Assembly: GCA_021613535.1 (NCBI GenBank)
Contig: CP075494.1
Span: 13,702,001-13,766,000, forward strand
Direction: 5' to 3'
Length of the DNA stretch: 64,000 nt
DNA from: Adineta vaga
Taxonomy: Eukaryota > Animalia > Rotifera
In this document: positions 1 through 14,647 of the stretch, piece after piece
How the letters are laid out: each line of letters begins with the position of its first letter
Numbering within the stretch: the stretch's first letter is position 1
Translations under genes and position numbers: made by a program
Notes under the pieces: model-generated
The model's database searches: none
What the model saw: the letters and a program-made list of their open reading frames with translations, nothing else
What the model was told of the DNA's origin: nothing

Positions 1-584
1 AATTAATGACTTTTCGAATATCAACTATTGTATTTTTCTTTTTTCTCAGAAATTTCATGATAATTAAATCAGATGATTCTATATTTAACCGTGTGATATT
101 CACATTCGATTAATTCTAAAATTTACATTTCGAGAGAATCTCAGGAGAAAAAATATCGATAATTTATTAATCAAAATGACATTAACCAAGTAAAATATAA
201 TACGGATGTATCATTTTCCGAAATAGATTATTTACGGAAGATACTAATGAACGTTGATAAAAAGAAAAATACAACATTTTCGTTTCAATTATGTTCTTTA
301 TTTAAATATACCCAACAAAACTTAAAATATGAACAGTTAAACAAGCACAAAAAGAAGAAGAAGAAGAAGAAGAAGAAGATAAATAGTAATAATAATGTGT
401 TGTTTTGATGATAAAATATACAACGGACGGAATTCTATTTGACAAAAAGCCAGTTCGGATTTTTCGAATATGTGCACACTGTTTTTTTGACTGCTCTAAG
501 TTCACTGTGTGTAACGAAATAAAGAATTGCACTCGGAATTGAGATTCGACAGTAACAACAACAACAACAACAACAAAAAAGAGT

Positions 585-1890
585 CTAACAACAAGTTTTA
601 GCAATCGTCGATGTTGACGATGATTTAAGATTATCATTTGTGATTAAATTATCAAAACCAGTTAAAGAATTTCTCATCATTTGTGTTAATTCTTCAAAAT
701 CAGCATTACTTATTGTACTTGATGTAATCGTATTACATTCAATTCCACTACCTGATGAAGAAAAATCTTCTTCAACACCTTCATCTTCATTCGATGAACG
801 TCGATGAGAATTAGAATGATCATTTACCCAACGATCATCATAATATTTACTTATTTCAGTTATTTCACATCGTTTCAATGGATCAGGATCTACAATATCG
901 AAAAGAAATTTATTTCAAATCTAAATCGAATCCAATCTTACCGAGCATTTTACGAAATATTCTCATTAAACGATTACTAAATTTATACCATTGTGATGGT
1001 AATTTATATTTACATTGCATTTGATAATGTCTTAACCATTGAATATATTCATTATAATAAACATCAGTCTCTTGAGCATGTTCCCAAGGAAAATTTCCTA
1101 AAAATAAATTTGTCTTTTTTATAACAACCAATATTTAATTTCGTAGTTTGTTTTTCTTACCTGTTAAACTACAGAAAAGTAGAACACCAAAGGCCCAAAT
1201 ATCCATCGATGTCGAAACAAGTATATCACTACTATGTGCGTCACAAACTTCCGGTGGTGAATAAGGTATACTTCCAATAAGACGACGAACATATGAACCA
1301 CATTTTCTTGTCATACCAAAATCAATTAATTTTACTTTACGAAATTCAGCATCGAATATCATAACATTTTCTGGTTTGACATCACGATGTACCTATTGAC
1401 AAAGCGAGAGAGAGAAAAAAAAGAGGTAAAATATCTGTTTCTATATTTGATAAATAAATATTATGATGAAAGAAGAACCTACCAATCCTTTATCATGCAT
1501 AAATTCTAATGCTGATGCAACTTGTTTCATGATTGTTTTTACAGCACGTTCAGGTAGACCACGTTGAGGTGGAATGGATTCAAATAAATCACCTAATGGT
1601 GCATATTCCTGGACGATAATATATGCATCAGCTGTTTGAAAACAACGACCTTCATATGTAGTGATAATCGAACGATGAAACGATAAAAGTAATGAATAAT
1701 TGTATTCTCGATGAAAATCACGATATTTTGTCGAAGATTTTTGAAGAATTTTCAATGCACAACGTTGTTGTAAATCCCGATCTAATGCAAGCATGACACG
1801 TCCATATGTACCTGAACCAAGTTCACGTATAGTACGAAAACGTTCATTTGCATCCTGAAGAATTGGTAACAAATCGTTCGTTGTTTCCAT
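585..1890 (-). CDS. Ser/Thr protein kinase, SBK1 (SH3-domain binding kinase)/PKDC-like; 4 coding exons
   Basis: Kinase motifs across spliced exons: [37 protein letters not shown]. Approximate exons 1890-1482, 1392-1161, 1097-942 and 889-585, with GT-AG introns. [13 protein letters not shown] and [10 protein letters not shown] are SBK-type. Confidence 0.88.
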
Positions 1891-4614
1891 CAGCACAAAG
1901 AGAGAAATGTTTATGTTTTGAAATTAAGAGCAATGTGCCAGACTAAATTATCTACAAGAAAAAAAAACAGGTTTTCGATCTCAGAATTTCGAAATAAGAA
2001 CAAATATGAAATGACTAGACATAGACATGCAACAATAAAGAGAAAAGAAAAGAAAAGCATAAAATACCCATCTGGCTCGCGAATAAGTCATAATTTTATT
2101 CTTAAAAGAGGATTTCTACTTATGTTTTTTTTTCTATATACTGTAGGAGGATTAGAATATTTGATTAAAGTAAGTAGCAGTGATATAAAAAAAAACCTAG
2201 ATTACAAATACTTTCTCTGCTATGTATGTTGAATAATCGCCTAAGGAAAAACTGATGTTTGCTTCAACCTACATCTTTTTTCATATTCAATATTGATATA
2301 ATTATTTGGAAAATTAACATTTCAGATATATATAGAAAGAGGAAGAAGAAAAAAAAAGAAAACGTTTTCTGTTCCTCCTCTTCATCTTAATATTTGTTTT
2401 CAAATAGAAAATAAATGTATTTCCGTTTCTTTCTTCCTAAAACATGTTACTTACCAATGAAAATTATAGAATCTACGCATTTTCCCAAAAAGAAAAGAAC
2501 GAATATAAAATGTTCAAGTGTAAGACAATAAGAATAAATGATAAGAGAAGAGAAAAGTGATGTTAGTTTTCTTCGCCTGTTTCTATTTGCGTCATGTCTT
2601 CGTTCGTCTTCGTCTAGTTCTATTCGAGATGCATAGTATCACACTCTTAGCACATGCACGAACATATGCTCGATAATTATTCATCCATTTGGCATGCGTA
2701 TACACAGTTATTCGTTATCAACATGATTAGTCAGTTTAAAAATCTTCGAAATGATTTCATATTATATGATCGTATGTAAGATATTATTAGAGAAATAAAA
2801 CCAAATGTGCTTTATTCAGTGTTCTATATTCTACTTACCCGGAGAGAAAAGAAAGCCGTTGTTTTGATGGAAAATATCGAGTGTCATTTAATGAAAAAAC
2901 AATATAATCAGATACGACAGAAGAACTTTGTTCTACTGAAATAATCAATGTTTAAACAAAATATTCGACTTGTGAATGTCATAAAAACTGCTGTTCTTCA
3001 GTAGATTTTTAGATAATGCACTTACGGTCACATTTTTTCTCATGACTTTCATCTTATGAATCATTTGCTTTTGGTAGATGACTATAGTTGTGCGAGTAGA
3101 AGTCAAGAGAATCTTATAGTGAAGAATAGGAAAAAAAAGAGGAAGAACGAACAGAAATCATGAAATGATGTACTGCATGTTCTGTTGCTTTGTATATGAG
3201 AAAGAAAAAGAAACTCACGAGTGTAAAAAAGTTTCCAAGGCAATTTGTATTGTTACGTATTATGAGAAATGATCTTGATGATTTTCATGAAGAAATAAAT
3301 GGTGATAGAAAGGTTTAAAATAAAGGTTTCTTTTAGTTTTCTATTAAAAGATTATGTCAGATGAACGAATGTTTGTCCAAAACTCTGAATACGGTCTAGA
3401 TAGCTGTAAGTCGATAGCGCGTATGGTTTCTAAACACAAACAAAGTACAGAGTTCGAATATAGACTTTGTTCTTCAAAATGTAAGAAAAATGACACTAAA
3501 ATTTGAATGATCGCATGATCTTTGACCTCTCCGTTCTTATTCTATCAAAATCTCCTGTTTGATTATATCAAGTAGAGAACAAAATTACCTCGGTTGATCA
3601 TTATTTGACATAGATGATACATACGTTGAGTGGCTATGCGTGTGTTTCAATTAGGATATATATATATAATGTATATCTGTTTGTTTCTCGAGAGTGAAGA
3701 TGGAGAAAAAGAAACAGAAGAAGCACAAAGGCAAACAGAAAGTAATTCTACATAGCTGATGTGTTCAGCTGTAAGAGGAGAAAGAGAAAATAACGAGAAA
3801 ATGTGTCAAGCCTTGCCTAGATGTGCATATGTGTTCTGTTAGCAAATATATAATCGCCATCATCTCTGTTACTCTTTCTTTTTTTTTCTTCTTCTCATCT
3901 CATAATAACTAATTAACTAACATTAATAATCGATTTTGAACATTATTTAGGAAAAGAAAAGGAAACAAGTTTTATTGTATAATTTCACGTGTACTTACGA
4001 CAAATGATCGATCGTTTGATTAGAATGAATATAGAAATAGAAATTTATTCTTCTCTTCGTTCTTGTATACGATCTAACCGATAATAATCTGAACGGAGAT
4101 GAGCATATGTACCCGAAGATAGATGATTATCGTCGCTTTATGAGTATTTTCTTTTCGAGCTTATTTGTTGTCCAACGGATTTCGGATTTAACATCGGTGA
4201 CATGACATTCATATATTTATTCTAATGATTATGTGACAACTAGTAAATACTAAGCAAAAACATAGGATTTGCTTTGAAAATATCGTCTATTTTTAGCTCT
4301 TAATTAAAATAGATGTATTGAAGTATGGAATAAATCCGATTATTGGACAGAATTGTATGCTAAAACGACTTCTATTCAGAACTAGAATGATCCGGTGATG
4401 AAAAATCATGAGTTGTATGTTGAGAGTTAATCTAGATATATCACCTAGATTTTCAAGGAAGTCGAAAATCTAAACGATCGTATCTATCTAAATATTAATA
4501 TGCATCATTAAACCTATTCATCGTACATTTTATCGTATCAAAACACGCATGATAATTCTTTACTCTAATAAAAAAAAAAGAAAATAAAACAAGGTACACT
4601 TATTCTTTAGTTAG

Positions 4615-4658
4615 TGACGTCATTATTCTTACCATGACAGCACAATGATTGTATAAAA
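4615..4658 (+). promoter_or_regulatory. CRE palindrome (TGACGTCA, 4615-4622) plus TATA box (TATAAAA, 4652-4658) upstream of the DUF1857-like gene
   Basis: Exact motifs about 95 and 58 bp upstream of the ATG at 4713. Confidence 0.5.
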
Positions 4659-4712
4659 TGAATGGGATACTTTGTTTTTTTCTTCTTATTATACGATTTT
4701 AAGGCATTAGCA

Positions 4713-5144
4713 ATGGCCGAACAACAAGCAAATCATGATATTGAAATAGTTGGTATGGGTGTTCAATCAACAACCCCAATTAAAGCATCACCAGATCGAG
4801 TATGGGCAGCTATGTTGGATAAAATGTACCATACAGAGAAATACTTGCCCGTATCAAACGTGAAAATAACAGATGAAATTCCTGACAAAGGTTTTCATCG
4901 AGAAATGACTTTTCATGGAAAAGTTCTACGAGAAAATATATATCTGGATAAATCACGCTTTGAAGTACGCTGTGATGTAATCGATGAAGATGTAGTCCAT
5001 ATGAATGTTTATCATCCGGATACAGGATTATTAGAATATTGGGAAGAAAATAAAAATGGTGAACGAGTTTCGTGGCGTGCTCCAAAGAATGTTGTTTTAG
5101 CAGCAATGGAAAAAACAAAACAATTCGCCGAAGCCGACGAATAG
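4713..5144 (+). CDS. DUF1857/AtaL-like SRPBCC (START/Bet v1-fold) protein, intronless; HGT candidate
   Basis: T.PIKAS.DRVW.AMLDK...EKYLPV..V.I......F.REM.F....LRE.I resembles the DUF1857/AtaL N-terminus. The start is placed at MAEQQ (4713) because the ATG at 4662 abuts the TATA box. Confidence 0.7.
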   Translation: MAEQQANHDIEIVGMGVQSTTPIKASPDRVWAAMLDKMYHTEKYLPVSNVKITDEIPDKGFHREMTFHGKVLRENIYLDKSRFEVRCDVIDEDVVHMNVYHPDTGLLEYWEENKNGERVSWRAPKNVVLAAMEKTKQFAEADE

Positions 5145-5165
5145 AACAATCATTGAACAGAAGAT

Positions 5166-5365
5166 TTTGACCTTTTTTTTTCTTATATAAAATATTTATT
5201 TTTTTTTGAGAAAAATATAAAGAATTTCAAGTCTTCTGAAATATCATAGCGGGCAAATTGGACGTCCATAAACATCATTTTATTTTTTGTTGACACCTGA
5301 TTTCTCTTTTGGATTTGACTTTGTCTTATGAGATTGTTCTATTGATGATGAAGCTGAATTTACTC
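5166..5365. repeat. ~200-bp direct repeat, copy 1 (duplicate of the 3' CDS end and 3' UTR of the 7864-9801 gene)
   Basis: Aligns with 7751-7949 with about 14 substitutions counted by eye (~93% identity). Confidence 0.95.
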
Positions 5366-5593
5366 TTATCGCAACCTAAATAATTCTAGTAGCATTCAGT
5401 TATAAATATATGTTCATAGTACTTCTACAAGTTCCTTTTATTACAGGAGATTTTCATTATAAAGAAGATATAGATGGCAATAAAATAATCAGTATTCGCC
5501 TTCTATCGACCTCCTCATCTCTTGATTAATTTTATCAGTCGCCTATTTCTATATACATATACCAAAACGACCGATATTCACTGCTTTGCATTC

Positions 5594-5930
5594 ATATTCT
5601 CTTTCTCGTAGAGAAGAGTCCAGTAAACATTAATTGTCTGCTTGCTTGCTTGTATGTCCGCAGGGTCAAAAAAACATCGAAAATCGATTTTTCGGAAATG
5701 ACATTTCCCGATGTATTCCGATGCGGTGGCTTCGAATCTGATGTTATTTTTCTTAAATTCTTTAAAAACCAGTTTTTTTAGACAGAGAACCAATTTTTCC
5801 GAAAATAGAAATATCTTATCTACGCTGAAAATAAACTTATACACACAATAGTGTATTAAAAATGTATCATCTAAAAGCACTCCTTCTACGAGAAAGAGCT
5901 GAGCGAGTCTGTCGACGAGCGTTACTTGTT
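5594..5930 (+). mobile_element. Non-autonomous Helentron-associated element (HINE/DINE-1-like)
   Basis: Exact 13-bp sub-terminal inverted repeats CTCTTTCTCGTAG (5599-5611) and CTACGAGAAAGAG (5886-5898). The 5' subTIR folds with the adjacent AGAAGAG. A (CTTG)n/GTCY microsatellite lies at ~5636-5660, and a GC-rich degenerate stem-loop is followed by CTTGTT at the 3' end. Confidence 0.7.
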
Positions 5931-6334
5931 TATTTGTCACCGAACGACCACATATAAAATATGTAGCTTTGTTGTGAGTAACAACTAGTTTTAACTCTAA
6001 AAGAATTTTATTCTTTCTTTGCTTCTAGCTGTAGTGTTTCATGTTTCAAACAATCATAACCATATTCGTTTCACATGTAAACGTGAAATTATCTTACAAA
6101 CTACATATACATGAAATAACGAAAGCGATATGATGCGTCCGGAATGTAAGGCAGATATTATAGCATGATGGAACGAAACACAACCTATTTCTATGGTATA
6201 CCTTTTTTTCTTCCGTGAAAATGACCTACATAGTTACAAGAAGATCCTCAATTGTATATACAATTATCGCTAGTGCTTTTCATCTTTTCTATATAGAAGG
6301 TCGCAGGAATAAATAAATAAATAAATATTACTTT

Positions 6335-6524
6335 CTCAGGTTGAACAATCCAGTTCCAGTCGGAGCTGACAAGAATCTGGCAAAACCGGCAGTCGGATAC
6401 GATTACTGGATTTATGGGTATACTTACTGGCATTTTCAAGCGGGTGCTGACCGAGACCGGTACGTTCCCTGAAGGTTTCAGCCGGAAAATCACGGAATAC
6501 TGCTTCAGGAATCATTGTCTTGGG
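6335..6524. mobile_element. Possible degenerate MITE-like GC-rich insertion
   Basis: About 190 bp island rich in CCGG, flanked by (AATA)n and (TA)n. Ends are CTCAGG.. and ..CTTGGG, with only weak inverted complementarity. Confidence 0.35.
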
Positions 6525-6693
6525 TCATATATATATATATATTTGTTCGTATGCGTATTCATTTCATACGAAGAATTTGCTATCTCAATATCAATGAGAA
6601 TCAACATCAATATAAGTGTCACAGTAAAATACTGACTTCTATGTACACAGTTCAAAAATGTAATAAATAATCTTTTTTTCTCTCTTAGTTTCA

Positions 6694-7227
6694 ATGAAGG
6701 ACATGAGCACCAATCCAAGTTTCAAGCCATCATTTAACGGAACGTTTAACCTTTTATTCGGCCCTATATGTAATCTAACGAACTATCCGTCAACTTAGTC
6801 AAGTGTTGGTACTTATGGAGATCTAGGAAACGAATCTCAAAGAACGATTTCTAGAACGGCTACATCTATGACTATGGTAGAAGTTTTAACAGATAAACCA
6901 CAATATCGGAAAGTACCAGTAACTGCTTCGACAGTCCACGAAACATCAATATCAATAACAAAAGACTGTTTATCAACCCAGTCACTAGCAGCAATAAGAT
7001 CATACGGGTACTTACATGATGTCTTAGGATCAAATAAATCACAGAGCATACATTCATCGACAAATTTCTCAAAACATGCTCCGCAAACGACAACTCGTTC
7101 ACATAATCTTGCTGCAGTACCTAAATCATCAATGCAATATATGATCGTCGATTTAATACCGCCACCAAGAATAATCCTGAAAGATGGCATTATGTATAAA
7201 GTAGGGTACGATTCGTATGAAACATGA
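6694..7227 (+). pseudogene. Orphan Ser/Thr-rich ORF interrupted by one in-frame TAG (6796-6798)
   Basis: ATG 6694 follows a polypyrimidine/TTAG acceptor. The frame reads MKDMSTNPSF...YPST*SSVGTYG... and runs in frame into ORF 6868-7227. Confidence 0.4.
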
Positions 7228-7750
7228 GTAGAATTTATATTTCAATTTTACATCAGTGAAATTGATGGGTGTGGTTCGTTGAACCGTATTAATGTAAACG
7301 GTCGAAGTTACAGTAATCTGTTCTGCTGGAAAAATCGATGAAATTATATGTTCTCGACAATCTCTTCGTTTGCTCTTTTGATTCTGTCGATTCATTGTGC
7401 TTTTTTGTATTGTGTGTAAGAAATAAATTTATCTCTTAAGAAAGTCTATGTATTTCGTTTGTTTTACACAACATGGAATGGTAGTTTCCCTATTTTAGTA
7501 GGAAATACGACACCGGTAAATATTTCTTTTTCGAACCAATTAAACAATTAACTTCAATAAGTATATTGCGAGAAAAAATGGTTCTTAAGCTCATACTTTC
7601 GATTGAATTTTAAAATGAATATGTTCTACATCGTGCTGGTATATCACATTGACAATTAAGACTTTTTCAAAAAAATCTTTCTATAATAATGTAAAGTATT
7701 GTTTGAAACGCAATGAAATACACAAAGTAATAACATATGATGGCACGGCT

Positions 7751-7949
7751 TCTGATCTTTTTTTTCTTATATAAAATATTTATTTTTTTTTGAGAAAAAT
7801 ATAAAGAATTTTAAGTCTTTTGAAATATCATAGCGGGTAAACTGTGCGTCCATAAATATGATTTCATTTTTTGTTGGCACTTGATTTCTCTTTTGGATTT
7901 GACTTTGTCTTATGAGTTTGTTCTATTGATGATGAAGCTGAATTTACTC
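7751..7949. repeat. ~200-bp direct repeat, copy 2 (native 3' end of the 7864-9801 gene)
   Basis: Matches 5166-5365. Confidence 0.95.
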
Positions 7950-9801
7950 GAGGAAAACTTTGTTTATGTTCAGGTTGTTTACGACTATTGGATTTATTTC
8001 GTTGACCATTGCTGGGAGGATCTCGTTTATCATCCTTATGAATTAGATCAATAGCATGCTGAAGACTAACACGATTGGCATTAACAGCATTGCTCTGATG
8101 ACTGGCAACTGTTGGACGAAGAATTAATAATTTACCAGATTGTGGTGCAGATTTTCGAGTATTTTCTTGCTCAGGATAAGATTTTTTTGGTTTGATTTGT
8201 TCGATTCTGAAATAGAAGAGAAGAAATAAAGTTGACACGAGAGAATAGAATAAATAGAACAACTTGTATTCATCAGTTGATAAATAGATAGAATAAGGTT
8301 TTTTTGGTGATCGTTTTCTTGGACATAATTGTGATTTTCGTGTTTGAATATTTTTGTCTGTATCATTTGTTGGAAGTAGTTCTTGATGTTGTTCACGTTC
8401 CATTCGTCGAAAAATATATTCATGAGTTTGTGTTGTACGAGAAATACGTTTAGGTCGTCGACGTTTTGGTTTAGTTTGTTCCGTATCCGAGTTTGGATCT
8501 ATTTAGAAAGTTTTCATTAAACTTCAAATCATATGTTGAAAATTTTGTAAGAAACAAAGAAAATCGCTTTCCTTCTCTCCACTTGTATGATATGTAAATT
8601 TGTATTTATTTCTAATCACTATATTTACCTGCGGATGGTTTCATCGATTTATTCACAAGATCCTGAACACTATGAGTAGTTTTCACATTGTTATCTTCTT
8701 GTGTTTTGTCGTCGTGGTCATCTAAATGAAGGAATAACTGAATTGAAAGAGATTGAAGAGATATTCTTTACTATGAATTGGTTTCTTCGTTGATTTTGAT
8801 GGAGAATGTTCATCATCACTTTGATCACTACCACTTGTATGTGCTGTTTTGGTTTTTGATTGATTTTGGTTCGATACTTTCGAATTATTTAATCGTTCTT
8901 CTTTGGATTCTCTTGATGATGAACGCTTGAAATGAAAAAGAAAATTGGTCACAAAAAGAATCATTAACTGTTTTGATATACTTTTTTATTGTCTCCTGGT
9001 GATTCTTTTCCATTCGATTGTTTACCTTGCTTTGGTTTGGATGTTGAACGAGGGAGATCATCCGTATCTGTTGACGAATGACGAGTATGTTTATAAGCGT
9101 TTGTATTAGTAGTTGAATCATGTTTCGTTTGAGAACTAAATGAGAAAAATGTAAATTATTCGAACTAAAGAATTACAAAGGTTTCCATATTCTGATGGCA
9201 GTTTGATGTTATTTGTCAAAATGTATTGTGTAGTTTATAGGTTTTACAAACCTGTCATGTTTTTGTTGTTGTTTAGTCGCATCACTAAACAAAAAAATTG
9301 CCATTTAGCGGTTTCAAAGACAAAAATTGTATCAGACATGGATGATTTATGATCTTCTTGATCCGATGAATCTTGTTTATTTCCTTTCTTTGACTTCTTT
9401 TGATCATCACTGGATGAACTTGATGATGATGATGATGATGAATTTTTTCGAGTTTTCGGCTTCTTTTCATCAATAACTAGGACATTCGTATCTTTTTTTG
9501 ATAATTGTGGACTGGTGATACGTGTCGACGGTTCGGCTTGTTCGCCAACCAATGGTGATTGTGGTCGTTGTGAATCCGGATTTGTTGCTATTTTATCAGA
9601 ATGATCAGGTGATCCTGGTTGTAAATTATTAATTAGACTATTCATTTTCTTTTGAATATCGTCGTTATCAAAATCACCTGATTCTTTCTTCTTGGAATCT
9701 TCTTCATGCGATTGTTCAGCTAATGGATTTGCTATTAGCATATTTGAAATACCATATTTCGTAGGCTCCGAGTCATGTGATGCGTCTTTCTTATCACTCA
9801 T
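7864..9801 (-). CDS. Uncharacterised Ser/Lys/Asp-rich, probably disordered protein; about 6 exons
   Basis: Phase-compatible GT-AG exons join ORFs 9801-, 9136-8982, 8926-8771, 8720-8629, 8498-~8265 and ~8207-7864. No recognisable domain. Confidence 0.7.
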
Positions 9802-10438
9802 TCCTGCTTCTTCTTCGTGGACAAAAATCTATTTGAAATAAATTCTACAAGAAATCAAGAGCTTTCGTTAATATTTTTAATCATTACAAAAAAAAAGTCC
9901 TCTTTGATCGAACGAAATAAATTTATCCTACCGTATTAATACAAATAGTGTAAACGTGTAAGGTTGCTTTTGAACAAATAAAATAAGATTACAACTCATA
10001 AAAACATGAAGTTTTCTTTGACTAAAATTCGAATTTTTCCTGAAATTTTAGAGTGTCTGTCGTTATGTATTATTATGATTTGTATGCAAAGGAAATTGGA
10101 CAATATAAACATTCGGCATTCGTTACCGTTTACTTTTAAAGTAAAACAGTGCGAAGAAAAACGATCCGTTTCTTTCTCTTCTACACTACGACAAGTGCAA
10201 TTCAATCGCTAACATCATCATCATCCTCCGAAATCAGTAAAGAAAAAAGAAAGTGCTCCACAGTCTTTTTCTTTTGCAAAGAAAACATCGACAGTGCAAA
10301 AGTAAACTATGTCCTTTTTCTTTCTTTCTTTCTTGAAGAAAAAGAAAATTAAAATATAGAATTCTTCTTCTCAATCTGTGTCTTTATTAATGTTTGATTT
10401 TTATTTTCTGTTTTAACAACGGATAAACAACAGTTTTT

Positions 10439-12654
<2,216 letters not shown>

Positions 12655-12763
12655 TGTATCTGAAAAAACCGAAAATATATCTATCACGTGAGAAGAACAT
12701 TCAAATATACTGTTCATAACTAATAGAAAACATATACAAATAAAAACAAAATAATTCATTTGT

Positions 12764-14338
12764 CTATTTCTCATTAGGTACTGATGACGATGATGATGAT
12801 GATGGTACTGGTTGTTTACGTAATGTTAGCATAATTTGACGCCGTGCTGCTCGATCAAGTTTATGAATACCAGTTAAATGTTGACCCATATGACGAGTAG
12901 AAATAGGAGATTTCCAGCAAATTGCTTTCGGATGTCTTAGTGGACATTGAACATAAAATGTATCATTGAGTAATTCTTCATCCGGACGAAAGACTGGTTC
13001 AGTTTTATTTTTTACTATCGCTTCAGCTAAACGTTGTGCACACGAACGTTTCATTTGATGATAAACAACTAAAACATGGAAATATAAATATGACAAGAAA
13101 TTAACCTCTATACTGACCAAAATGATCATATAAACACACATCTTTCGGTGTTACTAATGGTGCACCAATGGTTTGATTTGGTTGTGTACATAAACGAATT
13201 TTATGTTCTGCAGTTATACCAAATTTTCCATATTGATTCAATGGACATTGAGCACGATAAACAGTTGGATGTGTAGCAATTAAACTGTTTGATTTTGATG
13301 AAAATAAATCAATATCACCCTCTTCATTTTCATCTGCAAGTAGACGAACAATTTGCATTGCTGGAGAATGAGTTAATTGATGATATTGTATTAAATGTTT
13401 ATCTAATCAAACGAGAGAAAGTTTTATTTGAAAATAAAAGAAAAAGAAAGATTTTCATACAAAGATTGATCGGTGCTGTGACACGTGTACAAGGGAAATG
13501 ACGAATACCATGTTTCGTTGGATCGAGACCATATGTACGTGTAGTTAATGGACAACATCCTTCATATTTATAACGTTTAAGTTGAATAATCTAAAGAATA
13601 TATATATATATATTCAAATGAAGAATGATGAATTGAAAAACATTATCTCCTTACAGTAGATTTCTTAATTGAGTGTTTATGGTTTCGACTAATTTTCGAA
13701 TAAGAATGATCATCACTATATAAAAAGAAAGATTAACTTTCAATTAAAATAATTTTATCTTTCTTACTAATCTTTATACAGAATTTTGTCAGTATTCTTG
13801 TTAGTTTGTTCGAAAGGTTCTTTATCATGAATATTACATACGTCGATATCGTTCGAATCATCTAGAGATGTACCATCTGAATTAATAGAATAACCCTTGT
13901 CGAAATATGTCGAATAGGATTCATCTTCTCCTTGTTTAGTTGTATGATCTAAATACTTGAAATGAATTCATGATAAAAAAATTATTGAATTTGATTACTA
14001 ATTGAATTGATGAGTTGTCGACTTTCGTATTCAATCAGTAGTTGATCAATTTGATTGAGAAATGTTATTAATTGTGAAGATGATTGTTGACGTTGAATTT
14101 CTAAATCATACAATTGAATTAATCGAGATTTTTGTTTATAAAGACGTTGAATGAGTTCTTCAGATTCATTATTAGTATCCAATAGATTTGAAGTTTGTGG
14201 TGTTATTAAAGGTGTTGGAATACTATCTTGTTTGTACGTAGATAATGGATTAATACATAGAACTAACTGAGTACTTGAATCAATAGAATTTTGTAAAGTA
14301 AGGAGATGACGAGAAGATAATGATGTGAGAGTAGTCAT
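12764..14338 (-). CDS. Orphan protein with N-terminal coiled coil and three tandem CPL-x(n)-C-x(n)-H-x4-H repeats
   Basis: About 6 exons with GT-AG introns. Repeat cores: CPLTTRTYG..C..KHLIQYH, CPLNQYGKFG..C..DHFVVYH, CPLRHPKAIC..QHLTGIH. Confidence 0.7.
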
Positions 14339-14647
14339 TTCTTCTATCTTCTTAACTATCAAATGAGTTCCTAAAAAAGAAAAACCTTAAGGATAGGAAA
14401 CTATACAGCCAACAGCTGTTCAAATGTGTGAAGGAAGGAGGAGGTAAAGAGTATAAGAACATCAACCAATCCTGATCGTGACTAGTTTTTCTGTATAAGA
14501 GGGACATCTGTAAACTCGATACAATATAAGTTTGGAAGTAATTTTCTATTCCAAGGTGAATAATTTCGAGAGATATTTGATACAAGAAGTTGTTCTTCTC
14601 GCGATTGTAAAATACTAATGAAGAAGAGCGAAATAATAACTTCTTTT

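Noticed and set aside
302-637. 111-aa ORF overlapping the kinase 3' end
   Set aside because: Poly-Val and poly-Ser come from (CAA)n and (GAA)n microsatellites in the 3' UTR.
4662-4712. Hydrophobic N-terminal extension (apparent signal peptide) on the DUF1857-like ORF
   Set aside because: The ATG at 4662 is only 4 nt after the TATA box, so it is probably upstream of the TSS; the hydrophobicity derives from a T-rich tract.
5578-5940. 120-aa ORF on the minus strand
   Set aside because: Coincides with the HINE-like element, has a non-ATG start and shows no protein-like motifs.
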